Source of the DNA: Myxococcota bacterium
GTDB taxonomy: Bacteria; Myxococcota_A; UBA9160; JAFDDA01
NCBI GenBank assembly: GCA_965228475.1
Contig: OZ245817.1
Span: forward strand, 3,584,001 to 3,648,000
Reading direction: 5' to 3'
Length of the DNA: 64,000 nt
Made by a program: the position numbers and the translations under genes. Within the stretch, counting starts at the first letter, position 1. Every line of letters starts with the position of its first letter. Shown here one piece after another: positions 46,187 to 55,419 of the stretch. The notes beneath the pieces were generated by a model. The model was given only the letters and a program-made list of their open reading frames with translations, had not been told where the DNA came from and ran no database searches.

Positions 46187-47848
46187 CTAGGCGCGCAGCT
46201 GGGAGGCGCCGAGGATCTCGCCGACCGCCTCCCGGAGGTCCGCCATCTGCACGGGCTTCATGAGGAAGCCCGTGTTCGGCTCCGAGAATCGCCCCCTCGC
46301 GTCGTAGGGGTCGTGCCCGCTGCAGACGAGGACGGGGAGCCCGGGGCGGAGCCGGCGCAGCGCTTCCAGGCACTGCCAGCCGTCCATGCCCGGCATGCGC
46401 AGATCGAGCAGGACCGCGTCGATCGAATCGCCGGACTCGCGGAAGGTCTCGAGGGCGCTCGGGCCGTCCTCGGCCTCGATCGTCGCGTAGCCGAGCAGGC
46501 CGAGCATGCGCGCGAGGACGCTCCGCACGGCGCGCTCGTCGTCGACCACGAGCACGCACGCCGGGTCCCCGCTCGCCGCAGCGGGCTCGCCGGGCGGAAT
46601 CGGCACGCGCCTCGGCGCCGCGACCATCGGAAGCTCGACCACGACGCGGGCGCCCTTTCCCTCCCGCTCCTCGACGGTGACGGTCCCCTCGATCTCCCGG
46701 ACGAGGACGCGGGCCTCGGCGAGCCCGAGTTCGCGCGCTTCGCCCTGCAGGGTGAAGAAGGAATCGAGGGCTCGGCCGGAGGCCTCGGCACACGAAATGC
46801 CTTCCTCGGCCACGACGATCCGGACCCGCGATGCCGGCGCGTCGGGCTCGAGCGAGACCTTCACCCGGTTCTCCCCCTCTCGCGCCTCGCTCGCGTTCAA
46901 CACCAGGTTCACCAGCGCCTGCTGGAGCTTCCCGCGCTGGGCACGGACCAGGAGGCCGGCTGCGGGGCGCCCTCGCTCGAGGGACGTCTCTTCGGGAACC
47001 ACCGCCTCGAGCATCCCGAACAGCGCGTCGAGCTCCTCTTGTAGGTCGAAGACCGACTCGGGCTCGTGCCCCCGCCCGGCGAAGGCGAGCAGCCTGCGCG
47101 AGAGCAGGGTCGCCCGGTCCGCTCCGCGCAGGACGCCTTCGATCGCGCCCCGCGAGGGATGGCCTTCGGGGAGGTTCATCGAAGCGAGTTCCGCGTCGCC
47201 CATCACCCCGGTGAGCAGGTTGTTGAAGTCGTGGGCCACGCCCCCGGCCACGCGATGGAGCCCCTCGAGCGCTTGAGCCCTCCGGCGCACCTCGGCCGCG
47301 TGCCGCGCCTGCTGGTGGGAGTAGTAGATCACCGAGGGATAGAGGACGAGCATGCAGAGGATCGGGAGCTCGTAGTCCGGAACGTCGTGGAACCACGCGG
47401 CGAACGACATGCCGAGGGTCAGCAGGGTCGCCATCAGTGCGTAGAGCTGGGTGCTCGAGCGGCTCTCCGCGACGCTCGGCGCCTGCACGACGATCAACCC
47501 GATCACGAGCGCCGGGAACCAGAGCTGCGGAACGAAGTGGACCAACGTGACGAGGATCGTGAGGTCGAAGAGCGGCTGGACCCAGGCGTTTTCCTGCATG
47601 GGGACCCGCCGCTCGATCCAACTGGCCGCCGGAACGCAGACGAAGACCAGAAACGCCGCGAGGGGATAGCGGTTGGGCCCGGCGCCAGGGAAGAGGCAGA
47701 GGACGAGCGCGATGCTGACGGCCCCGACGTTCCGGAAGAAGAAGACCGCCTTGGGATGATCCCAGACGGCTCGGACCCTTCTTGCAAGGCTGCGAAGCCC
47801 CGGAAGAACGCGCATGGCCCCTCCAGCATACGCCTCGGGCTCGCGCAT
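46187..47848 (-). CDS. Membrane hybrid sensor histidine kinase/response regulator with degenerate ATP-binding boxes
   Basis: AGGVAHDFNNLL H-box, LVNLVLNA N-box, receiver VVDDE/LLDLRMPGMDG/KP; start uncertain. Confidence 0.85.
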   Translation of the reverse strand: MREPEAYAGGAMRVLPGLRSLARRVRAVWDHPKAVFFFRNVGAVSIALVLCLFPGAGPNRYPLAAFLVFVCVPAASWIERRVPMQENAWVQPLFDLTILVTLVHFVPQLWFPALVIGLIVVQAPSVAESRSSTQLYALMATLLTLGMSFAAWFHDVPDYELPILCMLVLYPSVIYYSHQQARHAAEVRRRAQALEGLHRVAGGVAHDFNNLLTGVMGDAELASMNLPEGHPSRGAIEGVLRGADRATLLSRRLLAFAGRGHEPESVFDLQEELDALFGMLEAVVPEETSLERGRPAAGLLVRAQRGKLQQALVNLVLNASEAREGENRVKVSLEPDAPASRVRIVVAEEGISCAEASGRALDSFFTLQGEARELGLAEARVLVREIEGTVTVEEREGKGARVVVELPMVAAPRRVPIPPGEPAAASGDPACVLVVDDERAVRSVLARMLGLLGYATIEAEDGPSALETFRESGDSIDAVLLDLRMPGMDGWQCLEALRRLRPGLPVLVCSGHDPYDARGRFSEPNTGFLMKPVQMADLREAVGEILGASQLRA

Positions 47849-47858
47849 CGGGTCGTTT

Positions 47859-49565
47859 CTACTCGTCGATGAAATCGTTCTCGCCCTCCCCTGCCAGGAC
47901 GTGCTTCAGGACCTTGCCGGCCGCGTTCCGCGGCAGCGCCTCCTCGCGAATCTCCCAGTGGCTCGGGACCTTGAAGTAGGCAAGTGCCTCCCCGACGTGT
48001 CGGCCCAGATCCTCGGTCTTCGGCTTCCCGCCGGCCCGGGGGACGACGAAGGCCTTCACCTCCTGACCGAGCTCCGGGTGGGGCACGCCCACGACCGCGG
48101 CCTCGGCGACCTCCGGATGCTCCTCCAGGCGATGCTCGATCTCGGCCGGATAGACGTTCTCGGCGCCGCGCAGGATCAGGTCCCGCCGTCGGGAGTTCAC
48201 GTAAAGATAACCGTGCTCGTCGAGACGTCCCCAGTCGCCGGTTCGAAGCCACCGACCCGCGCCGATGCTCTCCTGCGTCGCCTCCGGCTTGCCGTGGTAC
48301 TCGCGCATGACGAGGGGGCCCGAGAGATGGATCTCGCCCTCCTCTCCGGGCCCGAGGACACGGCCATCGTCCGGGTCGCGGATCTCGCAGCCGAGGGTCG
48401 GCAGCATGCGGCCGACCGAATCGGGCCGGGCCTCGAGCTCCGCACCGAAGTGGATCGTCGCGAGCCCGGTGTTCTCGGTGAGCCCGTAGCCGAGCCCCAT
48501 CTGACGACGCGCGTTCGGAAAGAAGGAGCGAAGCCGGTCGAGGACGTCCTGCGAGATCGGCGCACCGCCCGAGCCGCACTGCGTGACGCTCGAGAGGTCG
48601 TACTTCCCGGCGTCGGGATGGTCCATGCAGCGGTGCAGCATGTTCCCGAGCGGCCCCCAGCTCGTGACCCGTTCGCGCTCGATCGTCGCCATCGTGTGCT
48701 GCGGGTCGAAGCGCCCCTTCATCCAGACCGTCTTGACCCCGCCGGCGAGGAGCGTCACGGCGCCGGCGTAGAGGCCCGACACGTGGAAGAGCGGCGTCGA
48801 GACGAGCATCACGCGCGGCGGCGGAGGCGGAGCGTCGGGCGGGGGCGGGCCTTGGATCTTCATGAGGCGAAGCCCGTGCCAGACCTGGAGGCGATTGACG
48901 GCGACGATGTTGCGGTGGGTGTTGACGGCGCCCTTGGGGCGCCCGGTCGTTCCGCTCGTGTAGAGGATGCAGGCCGGATCGTCTTCGTCGACGGGGACGT
49001 CCGGGAGGCCCGCCGAGGGGTCGAAGGCCTCGAGCTTCGCGAAGTCGTGCTCGATCACGACGACGGGGATCTTCACGTCGTCCGCGCGCAGGCGGGCCAG
49101 CCGCTTCTCGTCGCCGACGAGGACCTTTGCCCCCGAGTCCTCGAGCCCGTAGAGGATCTCGTCGCGCACCCACCAGCCGTTCATCCCGACCGCGACCGCG
49201 CCCAGGCTGACCGTCGCCCACCAGGTGATGATCCACTCCGGGCAGTTCGCGGCAAGGATCGCGACGCGATCGCCGGGCCCGACGCCGTACTGCGTCGCCA
49301 GCGCGCGGGCCACGGAGCACACCCGGCGGTGGTGTTCCGCGAAGGTGATGCGGCGGTCTTCGTAGACGATGAACTCGGCGTCCCCGAAGGCGCGGGAGCC
49401 CTCCACCAGGGCGCGCAAGGAAGGCAAGCGATCCCGGAAGACCGGCGTCGGCACGCCGAAGACGTTCTCGTGGGTGACGTCGAAGGGTCCGCCCGGGGCG
49501 AGCAGCTCGCGCTCCGCCGCCGCGTGGGCCTCGATGTCGCTCGCCTGGAACGCCGCCGCACTCAC
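47859..49565 (-). CDS. Long-chain acyl-CoA synthetase (class I adenylate-forming)
   Basis: YTSGTTGRPKG, GYGLTE, WLRTGD, RNAAGKVLK; GTG overlaps upstream TGA. Confidence 0.93.
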   Translation of the reverse strand: MSAAAFQASDIEAHAAAERELLAPGGPFDVTHENVFGVPTPVFRDRLPSLRALVEGSRAFGDAEFIVYEDRRITFAEHHRRVCSVARALATQYGVGPGDRVAILAANCPEWIITWWATVSLGAVAVGMNGWWVRDEILYGLEDSGAKVLVGDEKRLARLRADDVKIPVVVIEHDFAKLEAFDPSAGLPDVPVDEDDPACILYTSGTTGRPKGAVNTHRNIVAVNRLQVWHGLRLMKIQGPPPPDAPPPPPRVMLVSTPLFHVSGLYAGAVTLLAGGVKTVWMKGRFDPQHTMATIERERVTSWGPLGNMLHRCMDHPDAGKYDLSSVTQCGSGGAPISQDVLDRLRSFFPNARRQMGLGYGLTENTGLATIHFGAELEARPDSVGRMLPTLGCEIRDPDDGRVLGPGEEGEIHLSGPLVMREYHGKPEATQESIGAGRWLRTGDWGRLDEHGYLYVNSRRRDLILRGAENVYPAEIEHRLEEHPEVAEAAVVGVPHPELGQEVKAFVVPRAGGKPKTEDLGRHVGEALAYFKVPSHWEIREEALPRNAAGKVLKHVLAGEGENDFIDE

Positions 49566-52500
49566 GCCACGAGGTCCCCCATCTCGCGCAGGGTCTCGAC
49601 CACGTCTTCGGGCAGAACGGGCGGCTCCTTCCCGAGGTTCCAGGAGCCGAGCATCAGCTGCGCGGAGCGGTCGATGATCTCGACCATGTCGGCCGCCCGG
49701 CGGAGCGTCCGCCCGCCGACGAGGAGGCCGTGGTTCTTCATCAAGACGGCCCAGCCCTCGCCGATGCCCTCGCCGATCGCGTCGGCCAGCGCGCGGGTGC
49801 CGGGCATGATGAACGGGATCCTCGGAATGTTCCCGAAGAAGGCGGCCTCCGTGGAGACCGGAAGGAACGGCAGGTCGGCGTTCGCGAGGATCGTCGCGTG
49901 GGGGGCGTGGGCGTGGACCACGGCCGTGGCCTCGGCCTTCGCGCGGTAGACCGCGCAGTGCATCATCCACTCGCTCGAGGGCGAAAGGCTCCCCTCGAGG
50001 CGCTTCCCGTCGAGGTCGATGCGGACCAGCAGCTCGGGGCGGAGGTCGCCCTTGAAGAGCTGGCTCGGGGTGATCCAGATCTCGTCCTCGCGCTCGGGGA
50101 CCCGGACCGAAACGTTGCCGCCGGTCGCGGTGATCAGTTCCTGGGCGTAGAGCTCCTCGACCCGGGCCAGGAGTTCGTGACGCACGTCGCTCGCACCGAC
50201 CGAAGTCACGAGCGCCGGTGCTCCGCCGCTGGCCTCCGGATCCGGCAGGCTCGCGAGGTCACCGGGGTCACCGCGTTCCGCCCGGGCCGCCTGGTAGATG
50301 CGCGACAGGTCGGACTGGATCTGCTGCAGCGTCATCGCCTTGGCCGTGTCGCCGCTGAAGGAGAGCCCTCCGTTCATGGCGGCCTGCATCGGGTTGACGC
50401 GGCCCGTGAACATCCCGTCGAGGACGTCGGCGCGCATGCGCAGCTCGACCTCCGGCGCTTCGGGGGGCGCGGTCATCGCCCCCGAGACCGTCCCCGCCCG
50501 CAGCGAGAAATGGAACTCGATCGGGAGATCGTTCAGCAGGAAGTGGAGCGTCACGTCCTTGTCGCGCGAGAACTCGGCCAGCCCGCCATCCGCAGCGATC
50601 CCCGAAACGAAGGCTTCCACCACCGAGGACATCGCGGAGGCGATCTCCGGAGACGCCGCCTCGCTCGCTGCCGCCGCCGCTGCCGGTTCGCCCGCCTCGG
50701 CCGGCTTCTCCTTCGCCCCCTTCCGACGACCTTTCTCGAGGTCCGTCACGGCGGGCCCCGGGCGCGCGGCGAGCTCCTCGAGCGCTTCGGGAGACAGCTC
50801 GGGGCGCGGACGGTCGAGCCGGAAGGCCTCCGCCGCACGGGGGTTCAGCGCGTAGCGCGGCGCCTCGCCCCGCAGCAGACGGGCGAGGTCCTCGGCGATG
50901 ATCCGGCCCTGGTGCGCTTCCACCTCCTCGGTGTTCCCGCCGACGTGAGGGGTGGCGACGACGTTCTCGAAGCCGAGCAGCGGGTGGTCGTGCCCCGGCG
51001 GCTCGACGGGGAAGACGTCGGTGGCGGCGCCCCCGAGCTGGCCGTGCGCCAGCGCTTCGACGAGCGCCGCCTCGTCCACGAGCGCCGCCCGCGCGGAGTT
51101 CACGAGGCAGGCGCCGGGCTTCATGCGCGCGATCTCCGCGCGCCCGATCAAGCCCTCGGTCTCCGGCGTCACCGGCGCGTGGAGACTCACGAAGTCCGAC
51201 TCCGCGAGCAGGAGGTCGAGACCCACGGGCTCGGCCCCGGCCCGGACGATCGCTTCCTCGGGCAGGAAGGGGTCGAAGACGACCACCCGCGCGCCGAAGC
51301 CCGCGAGGCGTTTCGCGACCCCGCGGCCGACGGCACCGAGACCGACCAGCCCCACCGTCTTCTGCCAGAGCTCGCGCCCCCGCAGCGACTGGAACGCCTG
51401 CCCCATCTTCCCCATGTCGCCGGCCTGCACGGAGGGGTCGCGCAGGAATCGATCCGCCGCCACGAGCTTGCGCGCGAGCAGGAGGAGGTAGGCGACCGCC
51501 AGATCCGCGACGGCGTCGGCGTTGCGCCCCGGTGCATTCAAGACGGGGATCCCGAGCGCCGTCGCCGCTTCGAGATCCACGTTCACCGCATCCCCGCGAC
51601 ACGACGCGACGACGCGGAGGTCCGCGGCCCGGGCCATGGCCTGCGCATCGACCACGTCGATCTCCGTCACGAAGACCGCGACCCCCGCCAGGGCGTCGAC
51701 GAGGTCCTGCCCCGTGAGGAGCCGCATGCGCTCGCGGAAGGGCGCGTACTCGACGTCTCCGAGTGCCTCGAGGGCTTCGCGCGACGCCGCGTCGAGGCCC
51801 GCCGTCACCAGGATCCGGGGCCGGGGCGAATCGCCCGCCGCCACGGGCGCCTCGTTGCGGCGGGTCATGACCGCGGGCAGCACGGCCTGGAAGGCGAGGT
51901 CGGCGCCCGCGCCGTGCGCCTCGCCCAGGGCGCGCCAGTTCTCCCGGACGGGCGCGTAGAAGGCTGCGCGCTCGGCATCCGGTGCGAGCGTTCGCTCGGG
52001 CTGCGCGTGATGCTCGGCCGCCGCCTCGAGGGAGTCGAAGCATCCGGCGGCGACGCCGGCGCAAAGGGCGGCACCGAGACCCGTCGCCTCGGGCTGCGGC
52101 CCGATCGCCACCTCCCGCCCGAGCACGTCCGCCAGGAGCTGCCCGAAGAACCCGCTGCGCGAGAGGCCGCCCGTCAGCGTGACGGCGCTCCCGGGACGCC
52201 CGCTCGCGCGCTCGAGCTGTTCGACGGTGCCGTGCAGCGCGAAGGCCAGACCCTCCGCGATGGACCGTGCGAGACCTCCGCGCCCCGCCGTTTCGTCGGC
52301 GGCGAGATGGCTCAGGGTGAGATCGCCGAGCGGGAGGGCGAGCGAACGCGCGTCCCCGATCTGTGCGCCGAAGGTCGAGCGGAAGCCATGGGCGCCGGGC
52401 GGAGCCGCGGCGGCCTCGGCGAGCAGACGCGCGGCGGGCTGCGGTGCGTCGGGCGCGAGCAGGCGTCCGATCCAATCGAGGGCCTCGCCGGCCGGCCCGG

Positions 52501-53401
52501 CGTTGCTCTCGGCGACCCAGCGGCCCGACACCAGATGGTGTCCACGCCACAGGCGTCCTTCGGCGTCGCGGGGCACCTCGTCGAAGACCTGCATCACGGG
52601 AAGCGTGCTCCCGGCCACGGCCCCGACGTCCGCGGGGGCGAGGACGCCGGCACCGAGCAGGGCGCACTGGGTGTCGCCGCCGCCGAGCGCCACGGGCGTT
52701 CCGGGACGCAGGCCGAACGCTTCCGCCGCCTCGGCGGTGAGACCGCCCAGCCGGTCGCCGGCGCGGCCCAGCTTCGGGAAGGCCGCCGCCGGAAGGCCGA
52801 GCCGGTCGATCCACTCCCAGGCCCACTCGCCCTTGCGAAGATCGAAGACCATCGTGCAGCCGGCCTGGCTCGGCTCGGCGGCGATCTCGCCACAGAGCCG
52901 GAAGGCGAGCCATTCGTCGAGCGAGAGGACGTGGGCGACCCGGGCGAAGGCTTCGGGCTCGTTGCTCGCGAGATGCATGATGCGAGCCGCCGGCATGAAT
53001 GGGGCCGGCCAGTGGCCCGTGGCCGCGGCGATCTCCGCACCGTCGGAGGCGGCCAACCCGATCGCCTCCCCGGCGGCGCGCGCGTCCCGATTGGACGCCG
53101 CCTGCACAGCAGTGCCATCGGCCGCGAGCAGGACGCTCGAGAAGCGCATGGCACTCGCGGCGACGCCGGCCACCTGTTCGGGCCGCGCATCGGCGCGCCC
53201 GAGGGCGTCCCGGGTGGCCTCCCCGAGCTTTCGCCACAGCGCGGGAAGGTCGACGTCGCTCCCGGTCCCGCCCGTCCCGGGCGCCGCGGCGTGGACGAGC
53301 CCACGCGACGCCCCGAAGACCGCTCCGCTCTCAGCGTCGACGAGCCGAGCGCGGGCGCCGCCGCCGCCGATGTCGAAGCCGAGCAGGTAGGTGGCGCTCA
53401 C
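49562..53401 (-). CDS. Four-domain fusion: FGGY kinase, D-2-hydroxyacid dehydrogenase, SCP2, class II aldolase
   Basis: GFDIGGGG/GGGDTQCA/TGGLSRS; GLVGLGAVG/NSAR/DVFPVEP/TPHVGG; NPMQAAMNGGLSFSGD; GGNVSVR/PSSEWMMH/HAH/NHG, all in one 1279-aa frame. Confidence 0.88.
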   Translation of the reverse strand: MSATYLLGFDIGGGGARARLVDAESGAVFGASRGLVHAAAPGTGGTGSDVDLPALWRKLGEATRDALGRADARPEQVAGVAASAMRFSSVLLAADGTAVQAASNRDARAAGEAIGLAASDGAEIAAATGHWPAPFMPAARIMHLASNEPEAFARVAHVLSLDEWLAFRLCGEIAAEPSQAGCTMVFDLRKGEWAWEWIDRLGLPAAAFPKLGRAGDRLGGLTAEAAEAFGLRPGTPVALGGGDTQCALLGAGVLAPADVGAVAGSTLPVMQVFDEVPRDAEGRLWRGHHLVSGRWVAESNAGPAGEALDWIGRLLAPDAPQPAARLLAEAAAAPPGAHGFRSTFGAQIGDARSLALPLGDLTLSHLAADETAGRGGLARSIAEGLAFALHGTVEQLERASGRPGSAVTLTGGLSRSGFFGQLLADVLGREVAIGPQPEATGLGAALCAGVAAGCFDSLEAAAEHHAQPERTLAPDAERAAFYAPVRENWRALGEAHGAGADLAFQAVLPAVMTRRNEAPVAAGDSPRPRILVTAGLDAASREALEALGDVEYAPFRERMRLLTGQDLVDALAGVAVFVTEIDVVDAQAMARAADLRVVASCRGDAVNVDLEAATALGIPVLNAPGRNADAVADLAVAYLLLLARKLVAADRFLRDPSVQAGDMGKMGQAFQSLRGRELWQKTVGLVGLGAVGRGVAKRLAGFGARVVVFDPFLPEEAIVRAGAEPVGLDLLLAESDFVSLHAPVTPETEGLIGRAEIARMKPGACLVNSARAALVDEAALVEALAHGQLGGAATDVFPVEPPGHDHPLLGFENVVATPHVGGNTEEVEAHQGRIIAEDLARLLRGEAPRYALNPRAAEAFRLDRPRPELSPEALEELAARPGPAVTDLEKGRRKGAKEKPAEAGEPAAAAAASEAASPEIASAMSSVVEAFVSGIAADGGLAEFSRDKDVTLHFLLNDLPIEFHFSLRAGTVSGAMTAPPEAPEVELRMRADVLDGMFTGRVNPMQAAMNGGLSFSGDTAKAMTLQQIQSDLSRIYQAARAERGDPGDLASLPDPEASGGAPALVTSVGASDVRHELLARVEELYAQELITATGGNVSVRVPEREDEIWITPSQLFKGDLRPELLVRIDLDGKRLEGSLSPSSEWMMHCAVYRAKAEATAVVHAHAPHATILANADLPFLPVSTEAAFFGNIPRIPFIMPGTRALADAIGEGIGEGWAVLMKNHGLLVGGRTLRRAADMVEIIDRSAQLMLGSWNLGKEPPVLPEDVVETLREMGDLVA

Positions 53402-54687
53402 GCGCGGGCGGCCGTCGGCTCGAAGGTCACCGGAAGCGCCTTGGGGGCCCGGAAGATCATGCCCGTGATGTGGACGTCCTCGGCGGCCGGATCGAGCGCG
53501 AGCCCGGGCAGCCGATCGAGCACCGCGTTCACGACGGTCTCGGTCTCGGCCTTCGCCAGATGCATGCCGAGGCAGCGGTGGGGGCCGAAGGCGAAGGCCA
53601 TGTTGGTCTTCGTCTCCCGGAAGAGGTCGAACTCCCCGGGCCGGTCGTAGCGGTCCGCATCGCGGTTGGCGGCGCCGAGGTTGACGCTGACCGTGGAGCC
53701 GGCGGGAATCTCGACGCCCGCGACCTCCGTGTCGCGCGTCGCCGTGCGCATGATTCCGAGCAGCGGGCACTCCCAGCGGAGCCCCTCCTGGACGGCCTGG
53801 GGCAGGAGGGAGCGATCGGCCCGAAGGGCCTCGAGCTGCGCCGGGTTCGAGAGCAGGCCGAACAAGAGGTTGCTCGAGGAGCGGTAGGTCGTCTCCGCCC
53901 CCGCCGGCGCCAGCAGGCGCAGGAAGGCGAAGATCTCGTCGTCGGTCAGGCGCGTGCCTTCGAGCTCGGCGTGGGCCAGCACGCTGATCAGGTCGTCGCG
54001 CGGGTCGCGGCGCCGGTCGGCCAGCACGCGGGCGAAGATCTCCTCGAGGCCGGCGGAGGCCTTGGCGCCCCGCTCGAAATCGATCGAGACGCTGATCAGC
54101 TCCACCGCGAGCCGGTGGAAGTCCGGGAAGTCGCGCGCGGGCAGGCCCATCATCCCGGCGATGACCGCCACCGGGAACGGGAACGTCAACTCGCGCACGA
54201 GATCCGCCGAGCCGCGCGCCGAGAAGCGATCGATCAGCCCGTGCACGACGGGGGCGATCAGGTCCCGCTCCCACGCTTCGATCGCCTTCTTGGTGAAGGC
54301 CTTCTGGATGAGTCCGCGGTAGCGGGAGTGCTCGGGCTCGTCCATCTGCAGGATCGTCCGGCCCATGACCTGGCCCATGGTCTCGGCGTAGCCGGCCGAG
54401 GAGAAGGTCTCCCCGTCGCGCAGCACGTGGGAGACGGCCTCGTGACTCAGCGCGACGTAGATCTCCGAGGACATGCCGGGCGGGAGCTTCACGTCCACGC
54501 CTTCGCCGCCCATGAGTGAGCCGGTCTCGATCTTCACGACGGGCCCCTGGGCCCGGAGCGCGGCGAAGATCGGGTACGGATCGCGCACGTTCCCCATGCC
54601 GGCGGAACGGTTGAACTCGTCGAAGGGGTCGTAGTCCCCGCTGCCGCCGTGAGCGGCGAGCAGTCCGGAAACGAGGTCTTCGCTCAT
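53398..54687 (-). CDS. Cytochrome P450
   Basis: AGAETT, EGLR, FAFGPHRCLG; GAGGAG RBS. Confidence 0.95.
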   Translation of the reverse strand: MSEDLVSGLLAAHGGSGDYDPFDEFNRSAGMGNVRDPYPIFAALRAQGPVVKIETGSLMGGEGVDVKLPPGMSSEIYVALSHEAVSHVLRDGETFSSAGYAETMGQVMGRTILQMDEPEHSRYRGLIQKAFTKKAIEAWERDLIAPVVHGLIDRFSARGSADLVRELTFPFPVAVIAGMMGLPARDFPDFHRLAVELISVSIDFERGAKASAGLEEIFARVLADRRRDPRDDLISVLAHAELEGTRLTDDEIFAFLRLLAPAGAETTYRSSSNLLFGLLSNPAQLEALRADRSLLPQAVQEGLRWECPLLGIMRTATRDTEVAGVEIPAGSTVSVNLGAANRDADRYDRPGEFDLFRETKTNMAFAFGPHRCLGMHLAKAETETVVNAVLDRLPGLALDPAAEDVHITGMIFRAPKALPVTFEPTAARA

Positions 54688-55352
54688 GGAGTCCTCCTCG
54701 GCGCCGCGGGGGCGTCGCCGTTGGTCCCAAGCAGCCGGTGGGTGATGCGGAGGACCTCGGCGCGGTGGGCGTCGAGGTGTTCCTTCGCGAGGGGATCGAA
54801 GTCGAGGGCGGGGAAGAGCGTCGGGATCGCGGAAACGAAGAAGACGGTCGCGCCCGCGATCGTCGCCGCGAGATGGGCCGGGTCGATCGGCGTGCGGATG
54901 CCGCCGTCCTCGCTCGCGCGGGACTCCTCGATCGCCCGCTTCGCGAGTTCGACGAAGGGTCCGGTGTGGCGCAGGATCACCGGGCCGTCGGTACCGGTCG
55001 CGCCGGCGATCTCGCGCAGCAGCAGCCGCGCGAAGGTGGGGCGGCGCCCGACGAAGTCGACCCAGGCGGAGATCGCCAGGTCGACGCGTTCCGCCATCGG
55101 CCCCTTGCTGGAGAGCGGCGGGGCGACCTCCTGGTAGAGGCCGTCGAGCACGTGCGCGATCACGGCGTCGTAGAGCGCCGGCTTGTCGCGGAAGTAGTAG
55201 ACGATGGACGCGCGGCGGATGCCGACGCGGGCCGCGACGTCCTCGAGCCGCGTCGCGGCGAACCCGTTCTCTGCGAACAGGACCTCGGCGGCTTCGACGA
55301 TCGCCGCCCGGGTCCGCTCCGCCTTGGCGGTCGTCTTCCGGCCTTCGCTCAT
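54684..55352 (-). CDS. TetR/AcrR family regulator
   Basis: AAEVLFAENGFAATRLEDVA...SIVYYFRDK. Confidence 0.92.
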   Translation of the reverse strand: MSEGRKTTAKAERTRAAIVEAAEVLFAENGFAATRLEDVAARVGIRRASIVYYFRDKPALYDAVIAHVLDGLYQEVAPPLSSKGPMAERVDLAISAWVDFVGRRPTFARLLLREIAGATGTDGPVILRHTGPFVELAKRAIEESRASEDGGIRTPIDPAHLAATIAGATVFFVSAIPTLFPALDFDPLAKEHLDAHRAEVLRITHRLLGTNGDAPAAPRRTP

Positions 55353-55359
55353 CGGGCCT

Positions 55360-55381
55360 TTCTACCTGCATGCAGGCAGAA
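55360..55381. promoter_or_regulatory. Operator immediately upstream of tetR
   Basis: 22-bp inverted repeat TTCTACCTGCA/TGCAGGCAGAA, 1 mismatch. Confidence 0.72.
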
Positions 55382-55419
55382 TTACAATCGCGAATTCCCG
55401 GGCGGGGCGAGGCGCGCGG

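Noticed and set aside
46161..46190. Inverted repeat CTAGGCGCGC...GCGCGCCTAG between convergent stops as a REP/MITE
   Set aside because: Single occurrence; best explained as a bidirectional terminator-like hairpin
49562..54730. 1722-aa ORF as a single protein (P450 region fused to kinase)
   Set aside because: The first ~440 aa are an off-frame shadow of the P450; the real gene starts at GTG 53401, overlapping the P450 stop
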